A stretch of 64,000 nucleotides of DNA from Eledone cirrhosa. Lineage: Eukaryota. Below, piece by piece: positions 26,401 to 40,899 of this stretch. Within the stretch, counting starts at the first letter, position 1, and each line of letters starts with the position of its first letter. The notes under the pieces were generated by a model. The model saw only the letters and a list, made by a program, of their open reading frames with translations. It made no database searches and was not told the origin of the DNA. The position numbers and the translations under genes are program-made. The stretch spans positions 130,882,001 through 130,946,000 of the forward strand of contig OZ024741.1 in the NCBI GenBank assembly GCA_964016885.1, in the 5' to 3' direction.

Positions 26401-29400
26401 GGAAGCAGTGAACATATAACTTTACACATCATATTTGTCTGTGTAACTAGGGTTGGAAGCAGTGAACATATAAATTTACACATCATATTTGTCTGTGTAA
26501 CTAGGGTTGGAAGCAGTGAACATATAACTTTACACATCATATTTGTCTATGTAACTAGGGTTGGAAGCAGTGAACATATAACTTTACACATCATATTTGA
26601 CTGTGTAACTAGGGTTGGAAGCAGTGAACATACAACTTCACACATCATATTTGTCTGTGTAACTAGGGTTGGAAGCATTGAACATATAACTTTACACAGC
26701 ATATTTGTCTGTGTAACTAGGGTTGGAAGCAGTGAACATATAACTTTACACATCATATTTGTCTGTGTAACTAGGGTTGGAAGCGGTGAACATATAACTT
26801 TACACATCATATTTGTCTGTGTAACTAGGGTTGGAAGCGGTGAACATATAACTTTACACATCATATTTGTCTGTGTAACCAGGGTTGGAAGCAGTGAACA
26901 TATAACTTTACACATCATATTTGTCTTTGTAACTAGGGTTGGAAGCAGTGAACATATAAGTTTACACATCATATTTGACTGTGTAACTAGGGTTGGAAGC
27001 GGTGAACATATAACTTTACACATCATATTTGTCTGTGTAACTAGGGTTGGAAGCCGTGAACATATAACATTACAAATCATATTTGTCTGTGTAACTAGGG
27101 TTGGAAGCAGTGAACATATAATTTAACACATCATATTTGTCTGTGTAACTAGGGTTGGAAGCAGTGAACATATAACTTTACACATCATATTTGTCTGTGT
27201 AACTAGGGTTGGAAGCGGTGAACATATAACTTTACACATCATATTTGTCTGTGTAACTAGGGTTGGAAGCGGTGAACATATAACTTTACACATCATATTT
27301 GTCTGTGTAACTAGGGTTCGAAGCAGTGAACATATAACTTTACACATCATATTTGTCTTTGTAACTAGGGTTGGAAGCAGTGAACATATAACTTTACACA
27401 TCATATTGTCTGTGTAACTAGGGTTGGAAGCAGTGAACATATAAATTTACATATCATATTTGTCTGTGTAACTAGGGTTGGAAGCAGTGAACATATAACT
27501 TTACACATCATATATGTCTGCGTAACTCGGGTTGGAAGCGGTGAACATATAACTTTACACATCATATTTGTCTGTGGAACTAGGGTTGGAAGCGGTGAAC
27601 ATATAACTTTACACATCATATTTGTCTGTGTAACTAGGGTTGGAAGCACTGAACATATAACTTTACACATCATATTTGTCTGTCTAACTAGGTTTGGAAG
27701 CGGTGAACATATAACTTTACACATCATATTTGACTGTGTAACTAGGGTTGGAAGCAGTGAACATAGAACTTTACACATCATATTTGTCTGTGTAACTAGG
27801 GTTGGAAGCAGTGAACATATAACTTTACACATCATATTTGTCTGTGTAACTCGGGTTGGAAGCGGTGAACATATAACTTGACACATCATATTTTTCTGTG
27901 GAACTAGGGTTCGAAGCGGTGAACATATAACTTTACACATCATATTTGTCTGTGTAACTAGGGTTGGAAGCAGTGAACATATAACTTTACACATCATATT
28001 TGTCTGTGTAACTAGGGTTGGAAGCGGTGAACATATAACTTTACACATCATATTCGTCTGTGTAACTAGGGTTGGAAGCGGTGAACATATAACTTTACAC
28101 ATCATATTTGTCTGTGTAACTAGGGTTGGAAGCAGTGAACATACAACTTTACACATCATATTTGACTGTGTAACTAGGGTTGGAAGCAGTGAACATATAA
28201 CTTTACACATCATATTTGTCTGTGGAACTAGGGTTGGAAGCAGTGAACATATAACTTTACACATCATATTTGTCTATGTAACTAGGGTTGGAAGCAGTGA
28301 ACATATAACTTTACACATCATATTTGTCTGTGTAACTCGGGTTGGAAGCGGTGAACATATAACTTGACACATCATATTTGTCTGTGGAACTAGGGTTCGA
28401 AGCGGTGAACATATAACTTTACACATCATATTTGTCTGTGTAACTAGGGTTGGAAGCAGTGAACATATAACTTTACACATCATATTTGTCTGTGTAACTA
28501 GGGTTGGAAGCGGTGAACATATAACTTTACACGTCATATTTGTCTGTGTAACTAGGGTTGGAAGCAGTGAACATATAACTTTACACATCATATTTGTCTG
28601 TGTAACTAGGGTTGGAAGCGGTGAACATATAACTTTACCCATCATATTTGTCTGTGTAACTAGGGTTGGAAGCGGTGAACATATAAATTTACACATCATA
28701 TTTGTCTTTGTAACTAGGGTTGGAAGCAGTGAACATATAACTTTACACATCATATTTGTCTGTGTAACTAGGGTTGGAAGCAGTGAACATATAACTTTAC
28801 ACATCATATTTGTCTGCGTAACTCGGGTTGGAAGCGGTGAACATATAACTTTACACATCATATTTGTCTGTGTAACAAGGGTTGGAAGCAGTGAACATAT
28901 AACTTTACACATCATATTTGTCTGTGTAACTAGGGTTGGAAGCAGTGAACATATAAATTTACACATCATATTTGTCTGTGTAACTAGGGTTGGAAGCAGT
29001 GAACATATAACTTTACACATCATATTTGTCTGCGTAACTCGGGTTGGAAGCGGTGAACATATAACTTTACACATCATATTTGTCTGTGGAACTAGGGTTG
29101 GAAGCGGTGAACATATAACTTTACACATCATATTTGTCTGTGTAACTAGGGTTGGAAGCGGTGAACATATAACTTTACACATCATATTTGTCTGTGTAAC
29201 TAGGGTTGGAAGCGGTGAACATATAACTTTACACATCATATTTGTCTGTGTAACTAGGGTTCGAAGCAGTGAACATATAACTTTACACATCATATTTGTC
29301 TTTGTAACTAGGGTTGGAAGCAGTGAACATATAACTTTACACATCATATTGTCTGTGTAACTAGGGTTGGAAGCAGTGAACATATAAATTTACATATCAT

Positions 29401-30220
29401 ATTTGTCTTTGTAACTAGGGTTGGAAGCAGTGAACATATAACTTTACACATCATATATGTCTGCGTAACTCGGGTTGGAAGCCGTGAACATATAACTTTA
29501 CACATCATATTTGTCTGTGGAACTAGGGTTGGAAGCGGTGAACATATAACTTTACACATCATATTTGTCTGTGTAACTAGGGTTGGAAGCACTGAACATA
29601 TAACTTTACACATCATATTTGTCTGTCTAACTAGGTTTGGAAGCGGTGAACATATAACTTTACACATCATATTTGACTGTGTAACTAGGGTTGGAAGCAG
29701 TGAACATAGAACTTTACACATCATATTTGTCTGTGTAACTAGGGTTGGAAGCAGTGAACATATAAATTTACACATCATATTTGTCTGTGTAACTCGGGTT
29801 GGAAGCGGTGAACATATAACTTGACACATCATATTTTTCTGTGGAACTAGGGTTCGAAGCGGTGAACATATAACTTTACACATCATATTTGTCTGTGTAA
29901 CTAGGGTTGGAAGCAGTGAACATATAACTTTACACATCATATTTGTCTGTGTAACTAGGGTTGGAAGCGGTGAACATATAACTTTACACATCATATTCGT
30001 CTGTGTAACTAGGGTTGGAAGCGGTGAACATATAACTTTACACATCATATTTGTCTGTGTAACTAGGGTTGGAAGCAGTGAACATACAACTTTACACATC
30101 ATATTTGACTGTGTAACTAGGGTTGGAAGCAGTGAACATATAACTTTACACATCATATTTGTCTGTGGAACTAGGGTTGGAAGCAGTGAACATATAACTT
30201 TACACATCATATTTGTCTAT
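20430..30220. repeat. Nested higher-order repeats with offsets of 1943, 2483 and 6153 bp (36, 46 and 114 monomers less deletions)
   Basis: ORFs 22121..23230 and 28274..29383 are identical (offset 6153). ORFs 24918..25784 and 27401..28267 are identical (offset 2483). The -1 deletions lie at 21249, 23192, 24919, 27402 and 29345. Confidence 0.85.
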
Positions 30221-33200
30221 GTAACTAGGGTTGGAAGCAGTGAACATATAACTTTACACATCATATTTGTCTGTGTAACTCGGGTTGGAAGCGGTGAACA
30301 TATAACTTGACACATCATATTTGTCTGTGGAACTAGGGTTCGAAGCGGTGAACATATAACTTTACACATCATATTTGTCTGTGTAACTAGGGTTGGAAGC
30401 AGTGAACATATAACTTTACACATCATATTTGTCTGTGTAACTAGGGTTGGAAGCGGTGAACATATAACTTTACACGTCATATTTGTCTGTGTAACTAGGG
30501 TTGGAAGCAGTGAACATATAACTTTACACATCATATTTGTCTGTGTAACTAGGGTTGGAAGCGGTGAACATATAACTTTACCCATCATATTTGTCTGTGT
30601 AACTAGGGTTGGAAGCGGTGAACATATAACTTTACACATCATATTTGTCTTTGTAACTAGGGTTGGAAGCAGTGAACATATAACTTTACACATCATATTT
30701 GTCTGTGTAACTAGGGTTGGAAGCAGTGAACATATAACTTTACACATCATATTTGTCTGCGTAACTCGGGTTGGATGCGGTGAACATATAACTTTACACA
30801 TCATATTTGTCTGTGTAACAAGGGTTGGAAGCAGTGAACATATAACTTTACACATCATATTTGTCTGTGTAACTAGGGTTGGAAGCAGTGAACATATAAA
30901 TTTACACATCATATTTGTCTGTGTAACTAGGGTTGGAAGCAGTGAACATATAACTTTACACATCATATTTGTCTGCGTAACTCGGGTTGGAAGCGGTGAA
31001 CATATAACTTTACACATCATATTTGTCTGTGGAACTAGGGTTGGAAGCGGTGAACATATAACTTTACACATCATATTTGTCTGTGTAACTAGGGTTGGAA
31101 GCAGTGAACATATAACTTTACACATCATATTTGTCTGTCTAACTAGGTTTGGAAGCGGTGAACATATAACTTTACACATCATATTTGACTGTGTAACTAG
31201 GGTTGGAAGCAGTGAACATATAACTTTACACATCATATTTGTCTGTGGAACTAGGGTTGGAAGCAGTGAACATAGAACCTTACACATCATATTTGCCTGT
31301 GTAACTAGGGTTGGAAGCAGTGAACATATAACTTTAAACATCATATTTGTCTGTGTAACTCGGGTTGGAAGCGGTGAACATATAACTTGACACATCATAT
31401 TTGTCTGTGGAACTAGGGTTCGAAGCGGTGAACATATAACTTTACACATCATATTTGTCTGTGTAACTAGTGTTGGAAGCAGTGAACATATAACTTTACA
31501 CATCATATTTGTCTGTGTAACTAGGGTTGGAAGCGGTGAACATATAACTTTACACATCATATTTGTCTGTGTAACTAGGGTTGGAAGCAGTGAACATATA
31601 ACTTGACACATCATATATGTCTGTGGAACTAGGGTTCGAAGCGGTGAACATATAACTTTACACATCATATTTGTCTGTGTAACTAGGGTTGGAAGCAGTG
31701 AACATACAACTTCACACATCATATTTGTCTGTGTAACTAGGGTTGGAAGCATTGAACATATAACTTTACACAGCATATTTGTCTGTGTAACTAGGGTTGG
31801 AAGCAGTGAACATATAACTTTACACATCATATTTGTCTTTGTAACTAGGGTTGGAAGCAGTGAACATATAACTTTACACATCATATTTGACTGTGTAACT
31901 AGGGTTGGAAGCGGTGAACATATAACTTTACACATCATATTTGTCTGTGTAACTAGGGTTGGAAGCAGTGAACATATAACATTACAAATCATATTTGTCT
32001 GTGTAACTAGGGTTGGAAGCAGTGAACATATAATTTAACACATCATATTTGTCTGTGTAACTAGGGTTGGAAGCAGTGAACATATAACTTTACACATCAT
32101 ATTTGTCTGTGTAACTAGGGTTGGAAGCGGTGAACATATAACTTTACACATCATATTTGTCTTTGTAACTAGGGTTGGAAGCAGTGAACATATAACTTTA
32201 CACATCATATTTGACAGTGTAACTAGGGTTGGAAGCGGTGAACATATAACTTTACACATCATATTTGTCTGTGTAACTAGGGTTGGAAGCAGTGAACATA
32301 TAACATTACAAATCATATTTGTCTGTGTAACTCGGGTTGGAAGCGGTGAACATATAACTTTACACGTCATATTTGTCTGTGTAACTAGGGTTGGAATCAG
32401 TGAACATACAACTTTACACATCATATTTGTCTGTGTAACTAGGGTTGGAAGCAGTGAACATATAACTTTACACATCATATTTGTCTGTGTAACTAGGGTT
32501 GGAAGCAGTGAAAATATAACTTCACACATCATATTTGTCTGTGTAACTAGGGTTGTAAGCAGTGAACATATAACTTTACACATCATATTTGTCTGTCTAA
32601 CTAGGTTTGGAAGCGGTGAATATATAACTTTACACATCATATTTGACTGTGTAACTAGGGTTGGAAGCAGTGAACATATAACTTTACACATCATATTTGT
32701 CTGTGGAACTAGGGTTGGAAGCAGTGAACATATAACTTTACACATCATATTTGTCTGTGTAACTAGGGTTGGAAGCGGTGAACATATAACTTTACACGTC
32801 ATATTTGTCTGTGTAACTAGGGTTGGAAGCGGTGAACATATAACTTTACACATCATATTTGTCTGTGTAACTAGGGTTGGAAGCAGTGAACATATAACTT
32901 TACACATCATATTTGTCTTTGTAACTAGGGTTGGAAGCAGTGAACATATAACTTGACACATCATATTTGTCTGTGGAACTAGGGTTCGAAGCGGTGAACA
33001 TATAACTTTACACATCATATTTGTCTGTGTAACTAGGGTTGGAAGCAGTGAACATACAACTTCACACATCATATTTGTCTGTGTAACTAGGGTTGGAAGC
33101 ATTGAACATATAACTTTACACAGCATATTTGTCTGTGTAACTAGGGTTGGAAGCAGTGAACATATAACTTTACACATCATATTTGTCTGTGTAACTAGGG

Positions 33201-36200
33201 TTGGAAGCGTTGAACATATAACTTTACACATCATATTTGTCTGTGTAACTAGGGTTGGAAGCGGTGAACATATAACTTTACACATCATATTTGTCTGTGT
33301 AACCAGGGTTGGAAGCAGTGAACATATAACTTTACACATCATATTTGTCTTTGTAACTAGGGTTGGAAGCAGTGAACATATAACTTTACACATCATATTT
33401 GACTGTGTAACTAGGGTTGGAAGCGGTGAACATATAACTTTACACATCATATTTGTCTGTGTAACTAGGGTTGGAAGCAGTGAACATATAATTTAACACA
33501 TCATATTTGTCTGTGTAACTAGGGTTGGAAGCAGTGAACATATAACTTTACACATCATATTTGTCTGTGTAACTAGGGTTGGAAGCGGTGAACATATAAC
33601 TTTACACATCATATTTGTCTGTGTAACTAGGGTTGGAAGCGGTGAACATATAACTTTACACATCATATTTGTCTGTGTAACTAGGGTTCGAAGCAGTGAA
33701 CATATAACTTTACACATCATATTTGTCTTTGTAACTAGGGTTGGAAGCAGTGAACATATAACTTTACACATCATATTGTCTGTGTAACTAGGGTTGGAAG
33801 CAGTGAACATATAAATTTACATATCATATTTGTCTGTGTAACTAGGGTTGGAAGCAGTGAACATATAACTTTACACATCATATATGTCTGCGTAACTCGG
33901 GTTGGAAGCGGTGAACATATAACTTTACACATCATATTTGTCTGTGGAACTAGAGTTGGAAGCGGTGAACATATAACTTTACACATCATATTTGTCTGTG
34001 TAACTAGGGTTGGAAGCACTGAACATATAACTTTACACATCATATTTGTCTGTCTAACTAGGTTTGGAAGCGGTGAACATATAACTTTACACATCATATT
34101 TGACTGTGTAACTAGGGTTGGAAGCAGTGAACATAGAACTTTACACATCATATTTGTCTGTGTAACTAGGGTTGGAAGCAGTGAACATATAACTTTACAC
34201 ATCATATTTGTCTGTGTAACTCGGGTTGGAAGCGGTGAACATATAACTTGACACATCATATTTGTCTGTGGAACTAGGGTTCGAAGCGGTGAACATATAA
34301 CTTTACACATCATATTTGTCTGTGTAACTAGGGTTGGAAGCAGTGAACATATAACTTTACACATCATATTTGTCTGTGTAACTAGGGTTGGAAGCGGTGA
34401 ACATATAACTTTACACATCATATTCGTCTGTGTAACTAGGGTTGGAAGCGGTGAACATATAACTTTACACATCATATTTGTCTGTGTAACTAGGGTTGGA
34501 AGCAGTGAACATACAACTTTACACATCATATTTGACTGTGTAACTAGGGTTGGAAGCAGTGAACATATAACTTTACACATCATATTTGTCTGTGGAACTA
34601 GGGTTGGAAGCAGTGAACATATAACTTTACACATCATATTTGTCTATGTAACTAGGGTTGGAAGCAGTGAACATATAACTTTACACATCATATTTGTCTG
34701 TGTAACTCGGGTTGGAAGCGGTGAACATATAACTTGACACATCATATTTGTCTGTGGAACTAGGGTTCGAAGCGGTGAACATATAACTTTACACATCATA
34801 TTTGTCTGTGTAACTAGGGTTGGAAGCAGTGAACATATAACTTTACACATCATATTTGTCTGTGTAACTAGGGTTGGAAGCGGTGAACATATAACTTTAC
34901 ACGTCATATTTGTCTGTGTAACTAGGGTTGGAAGCAGTGAACATATAACTTTACACATCATATTTGTCTGTGTAACTACGGTTGGAAGCGGTGAACATAT
35001 AACTTTACCCATCATATTTGTCTGTGTAACTAGGGTTGGAAGCGGTGAACATATAACTTTACACATCATATTTGTCTTTGTAACTAGGGTTGGAAGCAGT
35101 GAACATATAACTTTACACATCATATTTGTCTGTGTAACTAGGGTTGGAAGCAGTGAACATATAACTTTACACATCATATTTGTCTGCGTAACTCGGGTTG
35201 GAAGCGGTGAACATATAACTTTACACATCATATTTGTCTGTGTAACAAGGGTTGGAAGCAGTGAACATATAACTTTACACATCATATTTGTCTGTGTAAC
35301 TAGGGTTGGAAGCAATGAACATATAAATTTACACATCATATTTGTCTGTGTAACTAGGGTTGGAAGCAGTGAACATATAACTTTACACATCATATTTGTC
35401 TGCGTAACTCGGGTTGGAAGCGGTGAACATATAACTTTACACATCATATTTGTCTGTGGAACTAGGGTTGGAAGCGGTGAACATATAACTTTACACATCA
35501 TATTTGTCTGTGTAACTAGGGTTGGAAGCAGTGAACATATAACTTTACACATCATATTTGTCTGTCTAACTAGGTTTGGAAGCGGTGAACATATAACTTT
35601 ACACATCATATTTGACTGTGTAACTAGGGTTGGAAGCAGTGAACATATAACTTTACACATCATATTTGTCTGTGGAACTAGGGTTGGAAGCAGTGAACAT
35701 AGAACCTTACACATCATATTTGTCTGTGTAACTAGGGTTGGAAGCAGTGAACATATAACTTTACACATCATATTTGTCTGTGTAACTCGGGTTGGAAGCG
35801 GTGAACATATAACTTGACACATCATATTTGTCTGTGGAACTAGGGTTCGAAGCGGTGAACATATAACTTTACACATCATATTTGTCTGTGTAACTAGTGT
35901 TGGCAGCAGTGAACATATAACTTTACACATCATATTTGTCTGTGTAACTAGGGTTGGAAGCGGTGAACATATAACTTTACACATCATATTTGTCTGTGTA
36001 ACTAGGGTTGGAAGCAGTGAACATATAACTTGACACATCATATATGTCTGTGGAACTAGGGTTCGAAGCGGTGAACATATAACTTTACACATCATATTTG
36101 TCTGTGTAACTAGGGTTGGAAGCAGTGAACATACAACTTCACACATCATATTTGTCTGTGTAACTAGGGTTGGAAGCATTGAACATATAACTTTACACAG

Positions 36201-36560
36201 CATATTTGTCTGTGTAACTAGGGTTGGAAGCAGTGAACATATAACTTTACACATCATATTTGTCTTTGTAACTAGGGTTGGAAGCAGTGAACATATAACT
36301 TTACACATCATATTTGACTGTGTAACTAGGGTTGGAAGCGGTGAACATATAACTTTACACATCATATTTGTCTGTGTAACTAGGGTTGGAAGCAGTGAAC
36401 ATATAACATTACAAATCATATTTGTCTGTGTAACTAGGGTTGGAAGCAGTGAACATATAATTTAACACATCATATTTGTCTGTGTAACTAGGGTTGGAAG
36501 CAGTGAACATATAACTTTACACATCATATTTGTCTGTGTAACTAGGGTTGGAAGCGGTGA
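29200..36560. repeat. Duplicated block with an offset of 4427 bp (82 monomers -1)
   Basis: ORFs 29344..30210 and 33771..34637, and 30217..31992 and 34644..36419, have the same lengths and near-identical variant order. Confidence 0.85.
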
Positions 36561-39500
36561 ACATATAACTTTACACATCATATTTGTCTGTGTAACTAGG
36601 GTTGGAAGCGGTGAACATATAACTTTACACATCATATGTGTCTGTGTAACTAGGGTTCGAAGCAGTGAACATATAACTTTACACATCATATTTGTCTTTG
36701 TAACTAGGGTTGGAAGCAGTGAACATATAACTTTACACATCATATTGTCTGTGTAACTAGGGTTGGAAGCAGTGAACATATAAATTTACATATCATATTT
36801 GTCTGTGTAACTAGGGTTGGAAGCAGTGAACATATAACTTTACACATCATATTTGTCTGCGTAACTCGGGTTGGAAGCGGTGAACATATAACTTTACACA
36901 TCATATTTGTCTGTGGAACTAGGGTTGGAAGCGGTGAACATATAACTTTACACATCATATTTGTCTGTGTAACTAGGGTTGGAAGCACTGAACATATAAC
37001 TTTACACATCATATTTGTCTGTCTAACTAGGTTTGGAAGCGGTGAACATATAACTTTACACATCATATTTGACTGTGTAACTAGGGTTGGAAGCAGTGAA
37101 CATAGAACTTTACACATCATATTTGTCTGTGTAACTAGGGTTGGAAGCAGTGAACATATAACTTTACACATCATATTTGTCTGTGTAACTCGGGTTGGAA
37201 GCGGTGAACATATAACTTGACACATCATATTTGTCTGGGGAACTAGGGTTCGAAGCGGTGAACATATAACTTTACACATCATATTTGTCTGTGTAACTAG
37301 GGTTGGAAGCAGTGAACATATAACTTTACACATCATATTTGTCTGTGTAACTAGGGTTGGAAGCGGTGAACATATAACTTTACACATCATATTCGTCTGT
37401 GTAACTAGGGTTGGAAGCGGTGAACATATAACTTTACACATCATATTTGTCTGTGTAACTAGGGTTGGAAGCAGTGAACATACAACTTTACACATCATAT
37501 TTGACTGTGTAACTAGGGTTGGAAGCAGTGAACATATAACTTTACACATCATATTTGTCTGTGGAACTAGGGTAGGAAGCAGTGAACATATAACTTTACA
37601 CATCATATTTGTCTATGTAACTAGGGTTGGAAGCAGTGAACATATAACTTTACACATCATATTTGTCTGTGTAACTCGGGTTGGAAGCGGTGAACATATA
37701 ACTTGACACATCATATTTGTCTGTGGAACTAGGGTTCGAAGCGGTGAACATATAACTTTACACATCATATTTGTCTGTGTAACTAGGGTTGGAAGCAGTG
37801 AACATATAACTTTACACATCATATTTGTCTGTGTAACTTGGGTAGGAAGCGGTGAACATATAACTTTACACGTCATATTTGTCTGTGTAACTAGGGTTGG
37901 AAGCAGTGAACATATAACTTTACACATCATATTTGTCTGTGTAACTAGGGTTGGAAGCGGTGAACATATAACTTTACACATCATATTTGTCTGTGTAACT
38001 AGGGTTGGAAGCAGTGAACATATAACTTTACACATCATATTTGTCTGTCTAACTAGGTTTGGAAGCGGTGAACATATAACTTTACACATCATATTTGACT
38101 GTGTAACTAGGGTTGGAAGCAGTGAACATATAACTTTACACATCATATTTGTCTGTGGAACTAGGGTTGGAAGCAGTGAACATAGAACCTTACACATCAT
38201 ATTTGTCTGTGTAACTAGGGTTGGAAGCAGTGAACATATAACTTTACACATCATATTTGTCTGTGTAACTCGGGTTGGAAGCGGTGAACATATAACTTGA
38301 CACATCATATTTGTCTGTGGAACTAGGGTTCGAAGCGGTGAACATATAACTTTACACATCATATTTGTCTGTGTAACTAGTGTTGGAAGCAGTGAACATA
38401 TAACTTTACACATCATATTTGTCTGTGTAACTAGGGTTGGAAGCGGTGAACATATAACTTTACACATCATATTTGTCTGTGTAACTAGGGTTGGAAGCAG
38501 TGAACATATAACTTTACACATCATATTTGTCTGTGTAACTAGGGTTGGAAGCGGTGAACATATAACTTTACACATCATATTTGTCTGTGTAACTAGGGTT
38601 GGAAGCAGTGAACATATAACTTTACACATCATATTTGACTGTGTAACTAGGGTTGGAAGCGGTGAACATATAACTTTACACATCATATTTGTCTGTGTAA
38701 CTAGGGTTGGAAGCAGTGAACATATAACATTACAAATCATATTTGTCTGTGTAACTAGGGTTGGAAGCAGTGAACATATAATTTAACACATCATATTTGT
38801 CTGTGTAACTAGGGTTGGAAGCAGTGAACATATAACTTTACACATCATATTTGTCTGTGTAACTAGGGTTGGAAGCGGTGAACATATAATTATACACATC
38901 ATATTTGTCTGTGTAACTAGGGTTGGAAGCGGTGAACATATAACTTTACACATCATATTTGTCTGTGTAACTAGGGTTGGAAGCAGTGAACATATAACTT
39001 TACACATCATATTTGTCTTTGTAACTAGGGTTGGAAGCAGTGAACATATAACTTTACACATCATATTGTCTGTGTAACTAGGGTTGGAAGCAGTGAACAT
39101 ATAACTTTACACATCATATTTGTCTGTGTAACTCGGGTTGGAAGCGGTGAACATATAACTTGACACATCATATTTGTCTGTGGAACTAGGGTTCGAAGCG
39201 GTGAACATATAACTTTACACATCATATTTGTCTGTGTAACTAGGGTTGGAAGCAGTGAACATATAACTTTACACAACATATTTGTCTGTGTAACTAGGGT
39301 TGGAAGCGGTGAACATATAACTTTACACATCATATTTGTCTGTGTAACTAGGGTTGGAAGCAGTGAACATATAACTTTACACATCATATTTGTCTGTGTA
39401 ACTAGGGTTGGAAGCGGTGAACATATAACTTTACACATCATATTCGTCTGTGTAACTAGGGTTGGAAGCGTTGAACATATAACTTTACACATCATATTTG

Positions 39501-40899
39501 TCTGTGTAACTAGGGTTGGAAGCAGTGAACATACAACTTTACACATCATATTTGACTGTGTAACTAGGGTTGGAAGCAGTGAACATATAACTTTACACAT
39601 CATATTTGTCTGTGTAACTAGGGTTGGAAGCAGTGAACATATAACTTTACACATCATATTTGTCTATGTAACTAGGGTTGGAAGCAGTGAATATATAACT
39701 TTACACATCATATTTGTCTGTGTAACTCGGGTTGGAAGCGGTGAACATATAACTTGACACATCATATTTGTCTGTGGAACTAGGGTTCGAAGCGGTGAAC
39801 ATATAACTTTACACATCATATTTGTCTGTGTAACTAGGGTTGGAAACAGTGAACATATAACTTTACACATCATATTTGTCTATGTAACTAGGGTTGGAAG
39901 CGGTGAACATATAACTTTACACGTCATATTTGTCTGTGTAACTAGGGTTGGAAGCAGTGAACATATAACTTTACACATCATATTTGTCTGTGTAACTAGG
40001 GTTGGAAGCGGTGAACATATAACTTTACCCATCATATTTGTCTGTGTAACTAGGGTTGGAAGCGGTGAACATATGACTTTACACATCATATTTGTCTTTG
40101 TAACTAGGGTTGGAAGCAGTGAACATATAACATTACACATCATATTTGTCTGTGTAACTAGGGTTGGAAGCAGTGAACATATAACTTTACACATCATATT
40201 TGTCTGCGTAACTCGGGTTGGAAGCGGTGAACATATAACTTTACACATCATATTTGTCTGTGTAACTAGGGTTGGAAGCAGTGAACATATAACTTTACAC
40301 ATCATATTTGACTGTGTAACTAGGGTTGGAAGCAGTGAACATATAACTTTACACATCATATTTGTCTGTGGAACTAGGGTTGGAAGCAGTGAACATAGAA
40401 CTTTACACATCATATTTGTCTGTGTAACTAGGGTTGGAAGCAGTGAACATATAACTTTACACATCATATTTGTCTGTGTAACTCGGGTTGGAAGCGGTGA
40501 ACATATAACTTGACACATCATATTTGTCTGTGGAACTAGGGTTCGAAGCGGTGAACATATAACTTTACACATCATATTTGTCTGTGTAACTAGGGTTGGA
40601 AGCAGTGAACATATAACTTTACACATCATATTTGTCTGTGTAACTAGGGTTGGTAGCGGTGAACATATAACTTTACACATCATATTCGTCTGTGTAACTA
40701 GGGTTGGAAGCGGTGAACATATAACTTTACACATCATATTTGTCTGTGTAACTAGGGTTGGAAGCAGTGAACATACAACTTTACACATCATATTTGACTG
40801 TGTAACTAGGGTTGGAAGCAGTGAACATATAACTTTACACATCATATTTGTCTGTGGAACTAGGGTAGGAAGCAGTGAACATATAACTTTACACATCAT

